IMG/VR virus record: IMGVR_UViG_3300009709_000005
Span: 1 to 60,276 of that record
Strand: one strand, 5' to 3'
Length of the DNA stretch: 60,276 nucleotides
Source of the DNA: a virus
Part shown: positions 8,339-16,410 of the stretch, piece after piece
How positions within the stretch are numbered: the stretch's first letter is position 1
How the letters are laid out: each line of letters opens with the position of its first letter
Notes under the pieces: model-generated
The model's database searches: none
Told to the model about the DNA's origin: nothing
What the model saw: only the letters and a program-made list of their open reading frames with translations
Program-made: the position numbers and the translations under genes

Positions 8339-10036
8339 TTATTTCCGTTTTCCATTGTGAGGGCACGACAGGACAGGGCACCACGCTTTGCACAAGCCAG
8401 ACGGGTTGGCGGGCCACGTGTCGTGCTGCAGGCTCCATTCCATCTGGTCGACGATGTTGATGAAAGGCTCCCACATCTCCTCGAACGACGTGGTGATGTA
8501 CTTGCCGCGGTCGTCCTGCGTGTCGATGCGGTCGCCGTCGCGACGGATGTACAGCTTGCGCGTGAGGCGCTTGCGCGGGTCGGTCTCCGGCAGCCAGACG
8601 AACACCGTGCGCATTTTCTCCAGCTCGGCATAAGTGTGGAAGCACAGCAGCGTGGAGAGCGCCAGCTGGGCGGAGTTGGGTTTGGTCTTGCCGGTGTTGT
8701 GGGTCGGGATGAAATGCTCGGTGCACAGAAACGTCTCGTCGATTGAATCGACCTTGATGCACTGCGTCGGCACCGAATCGATCTTGGCCACCGACACCAC
8801 GCTGCGCCTCCACGAGCGATTCTTTTTTGGTGCGAACGATCTAAAGATGTCGCGCTTACGCCCAGCGAGAAACGGCTCGATGTCGATTGGGGTGAAACTG
8901 GTTCGGTATACCGTGGATGTCACACCATAACCAGTTTTACTAAACGACGCCCAGTTAGGGCGCTGCCCTAGCGAGTGCAGAAGCTCGTGCACACCACGCA
9001 CGACGATTTCACGCGTTGAATCGAGTACCACCGTACCTCGTGCGGTGTTAGCCGTGCCGTCACCGTCCATGATGCCCTGCAATAGCTCTAATCGCTGTTG
9101 ACGTGAAGCCCGAAGGTAGCGCATAGGAATATGCTTGTTACCCATCACGCCGAGGTTGGTGAGCGCGCTGCGTATGCCTAGCACACTATGTGTCCGACAG
9201 CTGCCGCGTGCCGAGGCGGAATCGTGCCCCAGCTCAAAACCACGCCGCTGAATTTCATCCCACACGCATTGATCTGGTTTGGTAATTTCCAAGCTAGTGT
9301 GCTTGCCATCGGCCAGCCAGATACCCAGCACGTATGGATCCAACGGAAGATCCTGTTTGGGTAAGCGTAGCGCTTTGGTCACCGGGATTAAATGGCGTGG
9401 GCGCAGCTCTGTCACAGGCAGCACAGATCCATCAGCCAGCGTCCACAAATGCTCAGCGTCGCAGCAAACTTTTGTTTTGTCGTCGAATGTGATCTCGTAG
9501 CAGTCAAGGTGTTTGACTTCGGATTTACCGACTACCCGGCATACGGCGCCGAGGCGAGTGAACAGCCGGTCGCCAACTCGTACCTCACCCATCGTGGTCC
9601 AGCCCTTTGGCGTCGGCAACGCGGTGTCGAGCGGCAAACCTTTCCAGTCGCCGTTGATCGCCTGCTTGTTGTCGCCGGACATGCACACCACGTCGATCTT
9701 GCCCCGCATGAAACCGTTGGCGTCCCAGAACCCCGCCGGCTCGAACGCTCTCGTCACAGCCACCGAAAGCTCCGCATGCAGCACCGTGTCCGGCTTGCGC
9801 TGCTCGAACAGATCCAGACCCCACTGGTAGATCGACATATTGCTCGGCAGCGGCCGACCATATTTCACTGCGTTTTCCAGCGCCTTGTGCACGGCGTTGC
9901 CCCACGCCATCTCCGGCGACTCGGCCTGCTGGACGTCCTTGGCCACGCGCAGGTGATAGAACTGCTTGGGGCACGTCTCGTAGGCCGACATGGAGCTGTG
10001 CGACGCAGGGGTCACGGAAAAAGGCTTGGCCATCAA
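8339..10036 (-). CDS. Cas4/RecB-like PD-(D/E)XK exonuclease interrupted by an intein
   Basis: The exteins carry YETCPKQFY, GKIDVV, DWK|TGK and the C-terminal cluster CKAWCPVLSC. Extein total is 250 aa. First ATG is at 10033 (TTG at 10036). Confidence 0.8.
   Translation of the reverse strand: MMAKPFSVTPASHSSMSAYETCPKQFYHLRVAKDVQQAESPEMAWGNAVHKALENAVKYGRPLPSNMSIYQWGLDLFEQRKPDTVLHAELSVAVTRAFEPAGFWDANGFMRGKIDVVCMSGDNKQAINGDWKGLPLDTALPTPKGWTTMGEVRVGDRLFTRLGAVCRVVGKSEVKHLDCYEITFDDKTKVCCDAEHLWTLADGSVLPVTELRPRHLIPVTKALRLPKQDLPLDPYVLGIWLADGKHTSLEITKPDQCVWDEIQRRGFELGHDSASARGSCRTHSVLGIRSALTNLGVMGNKHIPMRYLRASRQQRLELLQGIMDGDGTANTARGTVVLDSTREIVVRGVHELLHSLGQRPNWASFSKTGYGVTSTVYRTSFTPIDIEPFLAGRKRDIFRSFAPKKNRSWRRSVVSVAKIDSVPTQCIKVDSIDETFLCTEHFIPTHNTGKTKPNSAQLALSTLLCFHTYAELEKMRTVFVWLPETDPRKRLTRKLYIRRDGDRIDTQDDRGKYITTSFEEMWEPFINIVDQMEWSLQHDTWPANPSGLCKAWCPVLSCPHNGKRK
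8696..9640 (-). mobile_element. 315-aa intein with LAGLIDADG homing-endonuclease domain (class-3-like WCT signature)
   Basis: aa 133-447 of the ORF: GLPLDTALPTPKGWTTMGEV (block A), DAEHLW (block B), LGIWLADGK and LLQGIMDGDGT (LAGLIDADG x2), VPTQCIKVD..FIPTHN then Thr+1. Lower GC than the exteins. Confidence 0.85.
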
Positions 10037-10296
10037 TCAAGCCCTGTTTCCGGTAGAGCCGTGCGAAAAATGTTGGCCATGGCCTCAAAAGCTTTCGCCA
10101 TTTCCTCGCGGCGTTCAGGGGATTTAGGGATCCAAAAAGTAATGGCTGATCGGTCATCGTCAGCTGGTGGGTGGTGTAAGCGTTCGCTCGAGTGCAAAAT
10201 GATCTGCGCCGCTTGATAAACTATTCCGGTATTCGACTTTTTGCTTTCCATGCGGACTTCGCTGGTCAGCTCTTGGCTATAAACATTGATTCTCAT
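10033..10296 (-). CDS. hypothetical protein
   Basis: AAGGAA RBS before the ATG at 10296; lower-GC segment. Confidence 0.5.
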   Translation of the reverse strand: MRINVYSQELTSEVRMESKKSNTGIVYQAAQIILHSSERLHHPPADDDRSAITFWIPKSPERREEMAKAFEAMANIFRTALPETGLD

Positions 10297-10556
10297 CGTT
10301 TGTTCCTTGAGTCGTTGGTGCTGATCTGCTTGATGCTGGTGACTACTTCCTGCACGCCGGCCGCGGTGATGCCCTCGTAGAACGCCAGCGAGCGGATGTC
10401 GCTGCCGACGTAGAGCCGAGGCTCGTTGCGCCACACCTCCAAGTCCAGAAACGCGATCTTGCCGTACGTCAGCCCCGACTTGAAACTGTAGGCCGGTGCG
10501 AACTTGGCGCCCAATGCCGCGGCGATCTTTGCAGCTTTGTCACTTGCACTCGCCAT
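10293..10556 (-). CDS. hypothetical protein
   Basis: 87-aa ORF; ATGA coupling to the downstream gene. Confidence 0.5.
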   Translation of the reverse strand: MASASDKAAKIAAALGAKFAPAYSFKSGLTYGKIAFLDLEVWRNEPRLYVGSDIRSLAFYEGITAAGVQEVVTSIKQISTNDSRNKR

Positions 10557-12516
10557 AGGTGTATCCCTCTTTGGTCTCGCAGGCCACGGGCAGCTCCGGC
10601 ATCCACGTCGGCGCCTGCTGCATCACTCGATCGAACAACGCGCGCGCCCACGCCAGCCAGTCTGGTTCGTCGATGATAAGCGCCACCAGTTCATCGTGAA
10701 CCTGCAGCTCGACGCCCATCTCCGATCCTTCGTACGCGGTCGTCAACTCATGTTGAATCTCGACTAGCATACTCCGACAAACTATACCTGCAAGGTCTTG
10801 AACAAGATTCTCGAACGTCAACCCTCCATGCACGTACTTGGTCTTGCCGCGGTCATAATAGCTCCACTCTGTTTTCGTACCCTTCGTGACGCATTTCATC
10901 TGCGGGTATTTCAGCGACAAGCCGTTCGGCGTGCGGATCGACGGCTCACCGAAAATGCGGTCCAGCTCCGGCGTGGCGATGTTCTGCAGGTTGCTCTCGA
11001 CGCGCCCCTTGGCCGGGTCGATCATGCGGCGAAACTCCGGCACCACATGGCCGTCCATCAGGTTTCCGATCTGACGCAGCGACGCTTTCCAGCACTTGAC
11101 CACGTTGGGGAACGTCTTGCGGTACAGCTTCACGATGCGCTTGGCGAAGTCGAGGGTGATGATCAGCCCCTTCTCGCGGCACGTCTCGTAGAATCGTTTG
11201 GCGCCCATGCCGAAACACAGGCCCAGCACGGCGGTTTTGCTCAGCTGGCGTTCGTCCTTGTTGGCCTTGGTGATCTCGTGGCCGCAGATCATCGACCCAA
11301 ACCAGCAGTAAATGTCCTCGTTGTTGCGCAGCTTGTCGAGTGCGTCCATCTCGGGGCATCGTTCGGGGTCGCTCTCGAACCGGTTCAGCAGGTAGTAGTA
11401 CGCGCCCAGCTGCAGCGAGATCCGCGCCTCGATCTGGCTCAGGTCGGCTGCCATCATCTTGTAGCCCGGCGGCGCGCAGATCGCGCTGCGCACGGTAGAG
11501 CCCCGCCCGAGGTTCTGGGGGTTGCCGCCGCCGTGCTTGTCGCCACTCAGGCGCTGCGTGTGCGCGCCGGCGTACTTGATCGATACCGGCCATGCCCCGC
11601 CCAGCTCGGCGGACTCGTAGTAGGCCTGCGCCTTGATCTCCTCGTTGGTGGATTTGATTTCCAGCCGCGCGGCGACCAGTGCCTGCACGCGGATGTCTTC
11701 GTGGTCCAGCAGATCCTTCATCGCCTGATCGGTTTTGGCGAACGCGTAACCCTCTTTGGCGACGCCGGTTTTCTTTGACGGCTTGCCCATCTTGCGCGGC
11801 GGCTCGACACCCAGCTCCAGCAGCGCGGCGGCGAACTTGTCGGAGCTGTTGAGCACCGATCGATCCACCATGCCTACGCTCTCCAGCGCTGCGGCTTTCT
11901 TCTGCGCCAGCTCGTCGAGGTACGTGGCCAGCACCTCCTGATCGAGCATGAACTTTGGCTTCAGATAGACCCGCGTGCACCAGTCCAGCGCGTCAAGCTC
12001 CGTGCGCGACATGCCGGGCATCAGCAGCTTGAACAGGTTCCACGTCTTGTCGCAGTCATCTCGGCAATACTCGCCCAGCTGCTTCTCGATATGCGGTGGC
12101 AGATCGATCAGGCCATACGTCGCGCTCAGACCTTCGGGCTTGCCCGACCCCAGCAGCAGCTCGCCGAGCTCGTTCAGGCCGTGCCGCGCGCTGTTGGGGC
12201 CGATCTGCGCCCGCGCCAGCGCTAGCGTGTCGATGTAGCGCTTGGGGAAACAGCCGTAACGCCATGCAAGGATCGTCGCATCAAAGCCGAGGTTGTGGCC
12301 GATCATCGTGGTGTTGGACCAGTCGATGCGGCCGAACACCGTATCGAGATGCTTCCGCGGGATCCACTTTGTCGCGCCGCCGTTGATCTTGATGCCGCAG
12401 CCGTGCGCCTTGAAACGCTCGTCCATGATGTACTTCTGGTGGGTCATGCCCTTGTCGCGCAGGCTGTACCCCTTACCGAACCGCGTCTCGAAATCTAATA
12501 CCGCCAGATTGGTCAC
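10540..12516 (-). CDS. family A DNA polymerase with N-terminal 3'-5' exonuclease domain
   Basis: Exo I LAVLDFET, Exo II GHNLGFDA, pol motifs including QVHDELV. GTG start overlaps the upstream stop (GTGA). Confidence 0.85.
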   Translation of the reverse strand: MTNLAVLDFETRFGKGYSLRDKGMTHQKYIMDERFKAHGCGIKINGGATKWIPRKHLDTVFGRIDWSNTTMIGHNLGFDATILAWRYGCFPKRYIDTLALARAQIGPNSARHGLNELGELLLGSGKPEGLSATYGLIDLPPHIEKQLGEYCRDDCDKTWNLFKLLMPGMSRTELDALDWCTRVYLKPKFMLDQEVLATYLDELAQKKAAALESVGMVDRSVLNSSDKFAAALLELGVEPPRKMGKPSKKTGVAKEGYAFAKTDQAMKDLLDHEDIRVQALVAARLEIKSTNEEIKAQAYYESAELGGAWPVSIKYAGAHTQRLSGDKHGGGNPQNLGRGSTVRSAICAPPGYKMMAADLSQIEARISLQLGAYYYLLNRFESDPERCPEMDALDKLRNNEDIYCWFGSMICGHEITKANKDERQLSKTAVLGLCFGMGAKRFYETCREKGLIITLDFAKRIVKLYRKTFPNVVKCWKASLRQIGNLMDGHVVPEFRRMIDPAKGRVESNLQNIATPELDRIFGEPSIRTPNGLSLKYPQMKCVTKGTKTEWSYYDRGKTKYVHGGLTFENLVQDLAGIVCRSMLVEIQHELTTAYEGSEMGVELQVHDELVALIIDEPDWLAWARALFDRVMQQAPTWMPELPVACETKEGYTYGECK

Positions 12517-12758
12517 GCCTTGATGTCCTTCTGCTCGATGGCGAACTGCTGCTCGACGGCTGCGCGCGCATCTTTGGCTTCGCGGAACACGCCTAGATAT
12601 TTGCGATGCGTCGACCCACTGAACGATTGTTTGTCAGTGTTTCGGGTCACGGTCCCGCACGTGCCGCCATCGACGGCCACCAGCTGGATGACATTTTCAG
12701 CCGTCTGCACCCACTGCAGGCGATCGTCGTTGGCTAACCACGTGCGGGCCGTCATCAC
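12513..12758 (-). CDS. hypothetical protein
   Basis: 81-aa ORF coupled to the polymerase gene. Confidence 0.5.
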   Translation of the reverse strand: MMTARTWLANDDRLQWVQTAENVIQLVAVDGGTCGTVTRNTDKQSFSGSTHRKYLGVFREAKDARAAVEQQFAIEQKDIKA

Positions 12759-12874
12759 ATCATCCCTTTCTTCACTGGCATTTTCTTCGTGGCTTTCTTG
12801 AACGGCGCCGCCTTGGCACCTTTCACAAGCATGGCGTCCTTGGCCATGGTCTTTTTCGCGGCAGCTTTGGGCAT
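12755..12874 (-). CDS. possible 39-aa lysine/alanine-rich basic peptide
   Basis: MPKAAAKKTMAKDAMLVKGAKAAPFKKATKKMPVKKGMM. ATGA overlap with the downstream gene but no clear RBS. Confidence 0.25.
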   Translation of the reverse strand: MPKAAAKKTMAKDAMLVKGAKAAPFKKATKKMPVKKGMM

Positions 12875-12882
12875 CTTGGATT

Positions 12883-13455
12883 TCACGGTCGGTACTCCAT
12901 ATCGAGAATCTGCATGAGAGAGGCGTATTGAATTTGGTACTCCGCTTTCCACCCGTCGCCCCCGACCGGGTGATCGTCTTTGTGCGTGGCGGCCAGCATC
13001 GCCTGCTCGGCCACGATGCACGCCTTGTCGAAGAGCTGCGTGGTCTCGCTGCTGGCTCGATAGAACATGGCGCCCACCGCGCGGCTGTATGGCCCGGCGC
13101 TGCTGTCGGTGGCCTGCTCGCGCAGCTTGGCGCGCACTGCGGTGAGGTTCTGCTTGTGGCCCTTGGCCATGTCGCCGATCTTCATGAACGCGTCGGACAG
13201 ACCCTCACCCGAGTAGCGCTGCAGCGTAGCCACGATGAACATCCACAACTTGGCGTTCGCCTCGGCCTCGCAGTGCTGGAATACATGCCCCATCGCCCAC
13301 AGGGTGCCCGGCACCCCGCAGTGCTCCAGACACCACTGCGGCGTCATGTGGTCGGTGTCCTTGCGTCCGGTCTTCGCCAGCGCGGCGTAGCTGTCGATGC
13401 GGCCCTGCTCGCACACGCCGGCGTCGCATACGCGTTTGACGGTGGAGAGGATCAT
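12883..13455 (-). CDS. hypothetical protein
   Basis: ATG at 13455 overlaps the upstream stop (ATGA). Confidence 0.5.
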   Translation of the reverse strand: MILSTVKRVCDAGVCEQGRIDSYAALAKTGRKDTDHMTPQWCLEHCGVPGTLWAMGHVFQHCEAEANAKLWMFIVATLQRYSGEGLSDAFMKIGDMAKGHKQNLTAVRAKLREQATDSSAGPYSRAVGAMFYRASSETTQLFDKACIVAEQAMLAATHKDDHPVGGDGWKAEYQIQYASLMQILDMEYRP

Positions 13456-13961
13456 GACTGCAACATCACGATGGCGCATTTTGCTTGGTAGACAGCGTCA
13501 GCCTCGGCGTTGTGCTTGGTGCCATCAAACTCCGGTAGCGCGCAATCCGTGACAGCTTTCAACGTGCGGAAGTCGCGTTCCTGCCAAAACTTCCACGGCA
13601 CTTCGATCTGGGCATCCCTGCAAAGATCACGCATGATCGCGCAGTCAAACGTCGGGCTATTGGCCCACACTTCGCTGACGTCGTTGGCGTCGATTAGGCT
13701 GCGCAACAAGCAAATTGCCCTGACTGGATGCTCGCGCTTACCACCCAAAACACCCTTGGCCGCTTCGGGATTCTCCATGGCCTGCTTCAGCCACCACATC
13801 ACGGTATCGTAAGACCGCTCGCGCGACTCCTGCCCTTCAGGAGATACCAGCATGTGATGCGATGACTGCACGGCTTCATCGTCAAAGAAAGCCAGCCCAA
13901 TGCTCAGCACATGAGCCTTCGCGCTGGTGCCCAGTGTCTCCAGGTCAATCATCAGTTTCAT
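13452..13961 (-). CDS. DEDDh-type 3'-5' exonuclease
   Basis: MIDLETLG (D, E), NSPTFDCAIM (D) and HNAEADA (H, D) motifs. ATGA coupling at 13958-13961. Confidence 0.7.
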   Translation of the reverse strand: MKLMIDLETLGTSAKAHVLSIGLAFFDDEAVQSSHHMLVSPEGQESRERSYDTVMWWLKQAMENPEAAKGVLGGKREHPVRAICLLRSLIDANDVSEVWANSPTFDCAIMRDLCRDAQIEVPWKFWQERDFRTLKAVTDCALPEFDGTKHNAEADAVYQAKCAIVMLQS

Positions 13962-14584
13962 AGCAATGGCCTGTTGAGTACCCACTGAAACTCCGGCGGC
14001 TGCGCGCCGTGCTCAGTGAGCTGGTCGGGGTGGAGGCGATAGAACGACAGCACGCGGTCCACGTATGCCGGGTCGCCATAGCGATGTGTCAGCCGGCGCG
14101 CCAGATCGAACCACTCAAAGCGCTTAAGCGTGGTGTCGATGCCGCCGATGGATCGTACCTTCTCCCAGTCGAAACCGCGCAGGCCCCGCTGGTTGAAGCT
14201 GTGCTTGAAATACTCCGCGGTGGGAAACGGTTGGTGTGGGTACGGCTGGATGCCATGCTCGTTGAACGCCTGAAATCTCGCGAATATGCAGCACGCTTCC
14301 GTGTCGACCATGGCCTGACGCATCACCGCGATAGCATCGGGCTGCGAGATCTTGTCGTCGGCGTCGAGGTTGAACACGTAGCGGGGGAAGCCATCGCCCC
14401 ACATCGCTGCTCGGTCCAGTTCCAGCATTGCCACGCCGTGTGCCGGCCCCCACTGCACGTTGTCCGCAACCGCCCATGGCCAGTTGCCGATGGACTCGAT
14501 CGCTTCGCTCAACCACTTCTCGGCGTTGGGCCGCCGGTGATCGTAGGGAATGACCACCAGCGTATCGTTGTGCTCCTGTTTCAT
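13958..14584 (-). CDS. GT-A fold (family-2-like) glycosyltransferase
   Basis: LVVIPYDH N-terminal strand, DxD-type NLDADD, later FEWFDLARRL (ED..L..R-like). GAGGG RBS. Confidence 0.55.
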   Translation of the reverse strand: MKQEHNDTLVVIPYDHRRPNAEKWLSEAIESIGNWPWAVADNVQWGPAHGVAMLELDRAAMWGDGFPRYVFNLDADDKISQPDAIAVMRQAMVDTEACCIFARFQAFNEHGIQPYPHQPFPTAEYFKHSFNQRGLRGFDWEKVRSIGGIDTTLKRFEWFDLARRLTHRYGDPAYVDRVLSFYRLHPDQLTEHGAQPPEFQWVLNRPLL

Positions 14585-14602
14585 CGCCCGCCCTCACGGT
14601 GA

Positions 14603-14938
14603 TTACTGCTTTTTGCGGTTGGCCTTGGCGCTGATCACGCGAAGGTTCTTTTTGCTGTTGTTGTTCGGGTTCCCGTCGCGATGGTCGATATGCTTACCGT
14701 CGCCCTTTTTGACGCGCCCCGTTTTCATGGCCTCACGCCGGTTCTTGTTGCGCAGCGCCCGCTCCTTCTTCATGCGGGGGGACGAGTGGTATTTTGCATA
14801 GTCCTGATTCATGCGTGCACGCCTCGGTCGGTGTAGGTATGTAGCTTCGTCGACGGCAGCCCGGTAAAACTCGACGATTTGGATGTCATCGAGCTGCCTG
14901 ATGTTGAGCATAGCAAGCCCTTCGATTTCAGATGACAT
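14603..14938 (-). CDS. HNH endonuclease (start uncertain: 14938, 14911 or 14812)
   Basis: C-terminal GKHIDHRDGNPNNNSKKNLRVISAKANRKK is an HNH core. The ATG at 14812 would form an ATGA overlap with the stop of ORF 14809..15063. Confidence 0.6.
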   Translation of the reverse strand: MSSEIEGLAMLNIRQLDDIQIVEFYRAAVDEATYLHRPRRARMNQDYAKYHSSPRMKKERALRNKNRREAMKTGRVKKGDGKHIDHRDGNPNNNSKKNLRVISAKANRKKQ

Positions 14939-15063
14939 ACCAGCTCCTGTGCATAAATCTCGGCGCGCTCGGTGTTGCCCTGCTGCAGCGCGTTGCTGAT
15001 GTTGGTCAACGTCTCGCGCATGTCGCGAAGCGTGACGGTGGTTTTGGTTCGCGGTCGTCCCAC
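14809..15063 (-). CDS. hypothetical protein (3' third overlaps the long form of the HNH ORF)
   Basis: GTG start with AGGGG RBS. GC3 is about equal in both overlapping frames, so the true boundary is unresolved. Confidence 0.35.
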   Translation of the reverse strand: MGRPRTKTTVTLRDMRETLTNISNALQQGNTERAEIYAQELVCHLKSKGLLCSTSGSSMTSKSSSFTGLPSTKLHTYTDRGVHA

Positions 15064-15064
15064 G

Positions 15065-15391
15065 TCAGAACCCCTGCGGTGACTTGCGCGCCCCGAGCTT
15101 CAGCACGAGGTTGCCCACCCGCGGCCACCAGTGCTTGCCGTCGTAGTCCTCGACCACATAGCTTTCGTGCTCGCGGCAGTAATGTGCGCGGCACAGCTCC
15201 GGCCATGTAATGATCGTGTGATGCACACCCGGCGCTGTCACTTTCGGATACATGCCGAACGACACCACCTCGACTACTTCACCGGCGTGCACGATGCCGT
15301 TCTTGCTGGCGCGCCACTCGACCAGATCGCCTTTGGCAAACCGCCCCTTGCGGCGGTCGGGCTGTTTGCAGATCTTGGGGTGTCGAGGCAT
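15065..15391 (-). CDS. hypothetical protein
   Basis: 108-aa ORF; TAATG junction with the upstream gene. Confidence 0.5.
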   Translation of the reverse strand: MPRHPKICKQPDRRKGRFAKGDLVEWRASKNGIVHAGEVVEVVSFGMYPKVTAPGVHHTIITWPELCRAHYCREHESYVVEDYDGKHWWPRVGNLVLKLGARKSPQGF

Positions 15392-15627
15392 TAGCGTGTC
15401 TTGGCCGGTTGTTTTTCATGGGTGACTAGCAACACCATCAGGCCGCCGCGATGTGCGTCCATCTGAGATTTAATCTCCGGCTCCATCTCAGCGACGGCCT
15501 TGGCCACTGCGTCGTCAATCGCCGGCTCAATAGCTGCCAGCGCCAACGCTTTTAGGTTCTTCGTGATGTGGGCTTTGAATAGTTCAACAAGTAAACCGCC
15601 ACCCACTGAATCTTGTAGGTCTAACAT
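15391..15627 (-). CDS. hypothetical protein
   Basis: GGGAG RBS is spaced correctly for the ATG at 15627 (the ATG at 15633 is too close). Confidence 0.45.
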   Translation of the reverse strand: MLDLQDSVGGGLLVELFKAHITKNLKALALAAIEPAIDDAVAKAVAEMEPEIKSQMDAHRGGLMVLLVTHEKQPAKTR

Positions 15628-15661
15628 CGCCATCTCCCGTCCGAGTGGCTAGGTGAAAAGT

Positions 15662-15727
15662 GTGGGCTGCGGGACCGGGAGCCGACAACGTTGAGGGCGG
15701 GACGATGTAGGGAATCCCGCAGCCCAC
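15662..15727 (-). terminator. long hairpin (13-bp GC-rich stem, 40-nt loop) followed by ACTTTT on the minus strand
   Basis: gtgggctgcggga ... tcccgcagcccac is a perfect inverted repeat in a 140-nt gap. A CAACGTTG palindrome sits in the loop. Confidence 0.4.
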
Positions 15728-15773
15728 ATGCCCGACCGTACGTGCCTCTTTCCGGTACCGCAACCCCGTTTGT

Positions 15774-16109
15774 TCAGTCGTCCCGCTCGCCCTTGTTCCA
15801 GCACACCACGGTAGGCTGCGTCGCAAACGGCGTGTTCTCCGGCATGTCCTTGAAACCCTCCACACCCTTCAACCCCTCGGGAAAGAAACGCGTGATGGCC
15901 TTCAAGCCCCGGCTCTTGCCCAGCGCCGACAGGTAGCTGCGCAGCTGCCCGGCTTTGACCGCGTCCTTCACCACGACGGCAAAGAAACCGTCGACCGGCG
16001 TGGTTTCCAGCGGGTACTTTGAGCCGCGCGGCCCGGGCAGAAACGCCTTGCGCTCCGGCACCGGTACGCCTTTGCCTGTCAGAAACTGCGGCTTAGCCGG
16101 GGTCGCCAT
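15774..16109 (-). CDS. hypothetical protein
   Basis: AGGAG RBS before the ATG at 16109. Confidence 0.55.
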   Translation of the reverse strand: MATPAKPQFLTGKGVPVPERKAFLPGPRGSKYPLETTPVDGFFAVVVKDAVKAGQLRSYLSALGKSRGLKAITRFFPEGLKGVEGFKDMPENTPFATQPTVVCWNKGERDD

Positions 16110-16113
16110 GGTG

Positions 16114-16410
16114 TTACTCCTGTGCTGGTTGGTCAGTGTTGATCAATGATAAGTTCTTGGCCTTGAGGATGTCAAACTTACGTTCAACTTCCAGACGTGC
16201 AGCATCCATGCTGACGTTGTTGCGCTTGGCGTATTGGATCACCGCCTCCATGCGAAGCGGCGGGTTCAGGATCAGATCCTCCATGCGACAGTGATCCGCA
16301 CAGAAATCCATGGCCTCGCGCAGCTTCAACGCCTGCTGCTGAAGATCGCGCAGCTTGATCAGTGCCGCCACATAGGGCGGCTGCGGGGGTGGCATCTGGC
16401 TGGTGCTCAT
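16114..16410 (-). CDS. hypothetical protein
   Basis: 98-aa ORF; ATGA coupling at 16407-16410. Confidence 0.5.
   Translation of the reverse strand: MSTSQMPPPQPPYVAALIKLRDLQQQALKLREAMDFCADHCRMEDLILNPPLRMEAVIQYAKRNNVSMDAARLEVERKFDILKAKNLSLINTDQPAQE

Noticed and set aside
12755-13021. 88-aa track ORF.
   Set aside because: Its upstream part overlaps gene 12883..13455 in another frame. Only the C-terminal 39-aa Lys-rich portion (12755..12874) is plausibly independent, and it is listed at low confidence.
12883-14584. A thymidine or 7-deazaguanine DNA-hypermodification cluster around the glycosyltransferase.
   Set aside because: No thymidylate-synthase-like hydroxymethylase, kinase, radical-SAM, PLP, TGT/DpdA or QueC/D/E-like ORFs are visible anywhere in the genome. 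Only the lone GT remains, and it is reported separately.
15634-15773. Possible tRNA or other structured RNA gene in the 140-nt gap.
   Set aside because: No acceptor/T-arm arrangement and no GTTCGAATC-like T-loop on either strand. The structure is a single long hairpin, so I kept it as a terminator/processing candidate instead.
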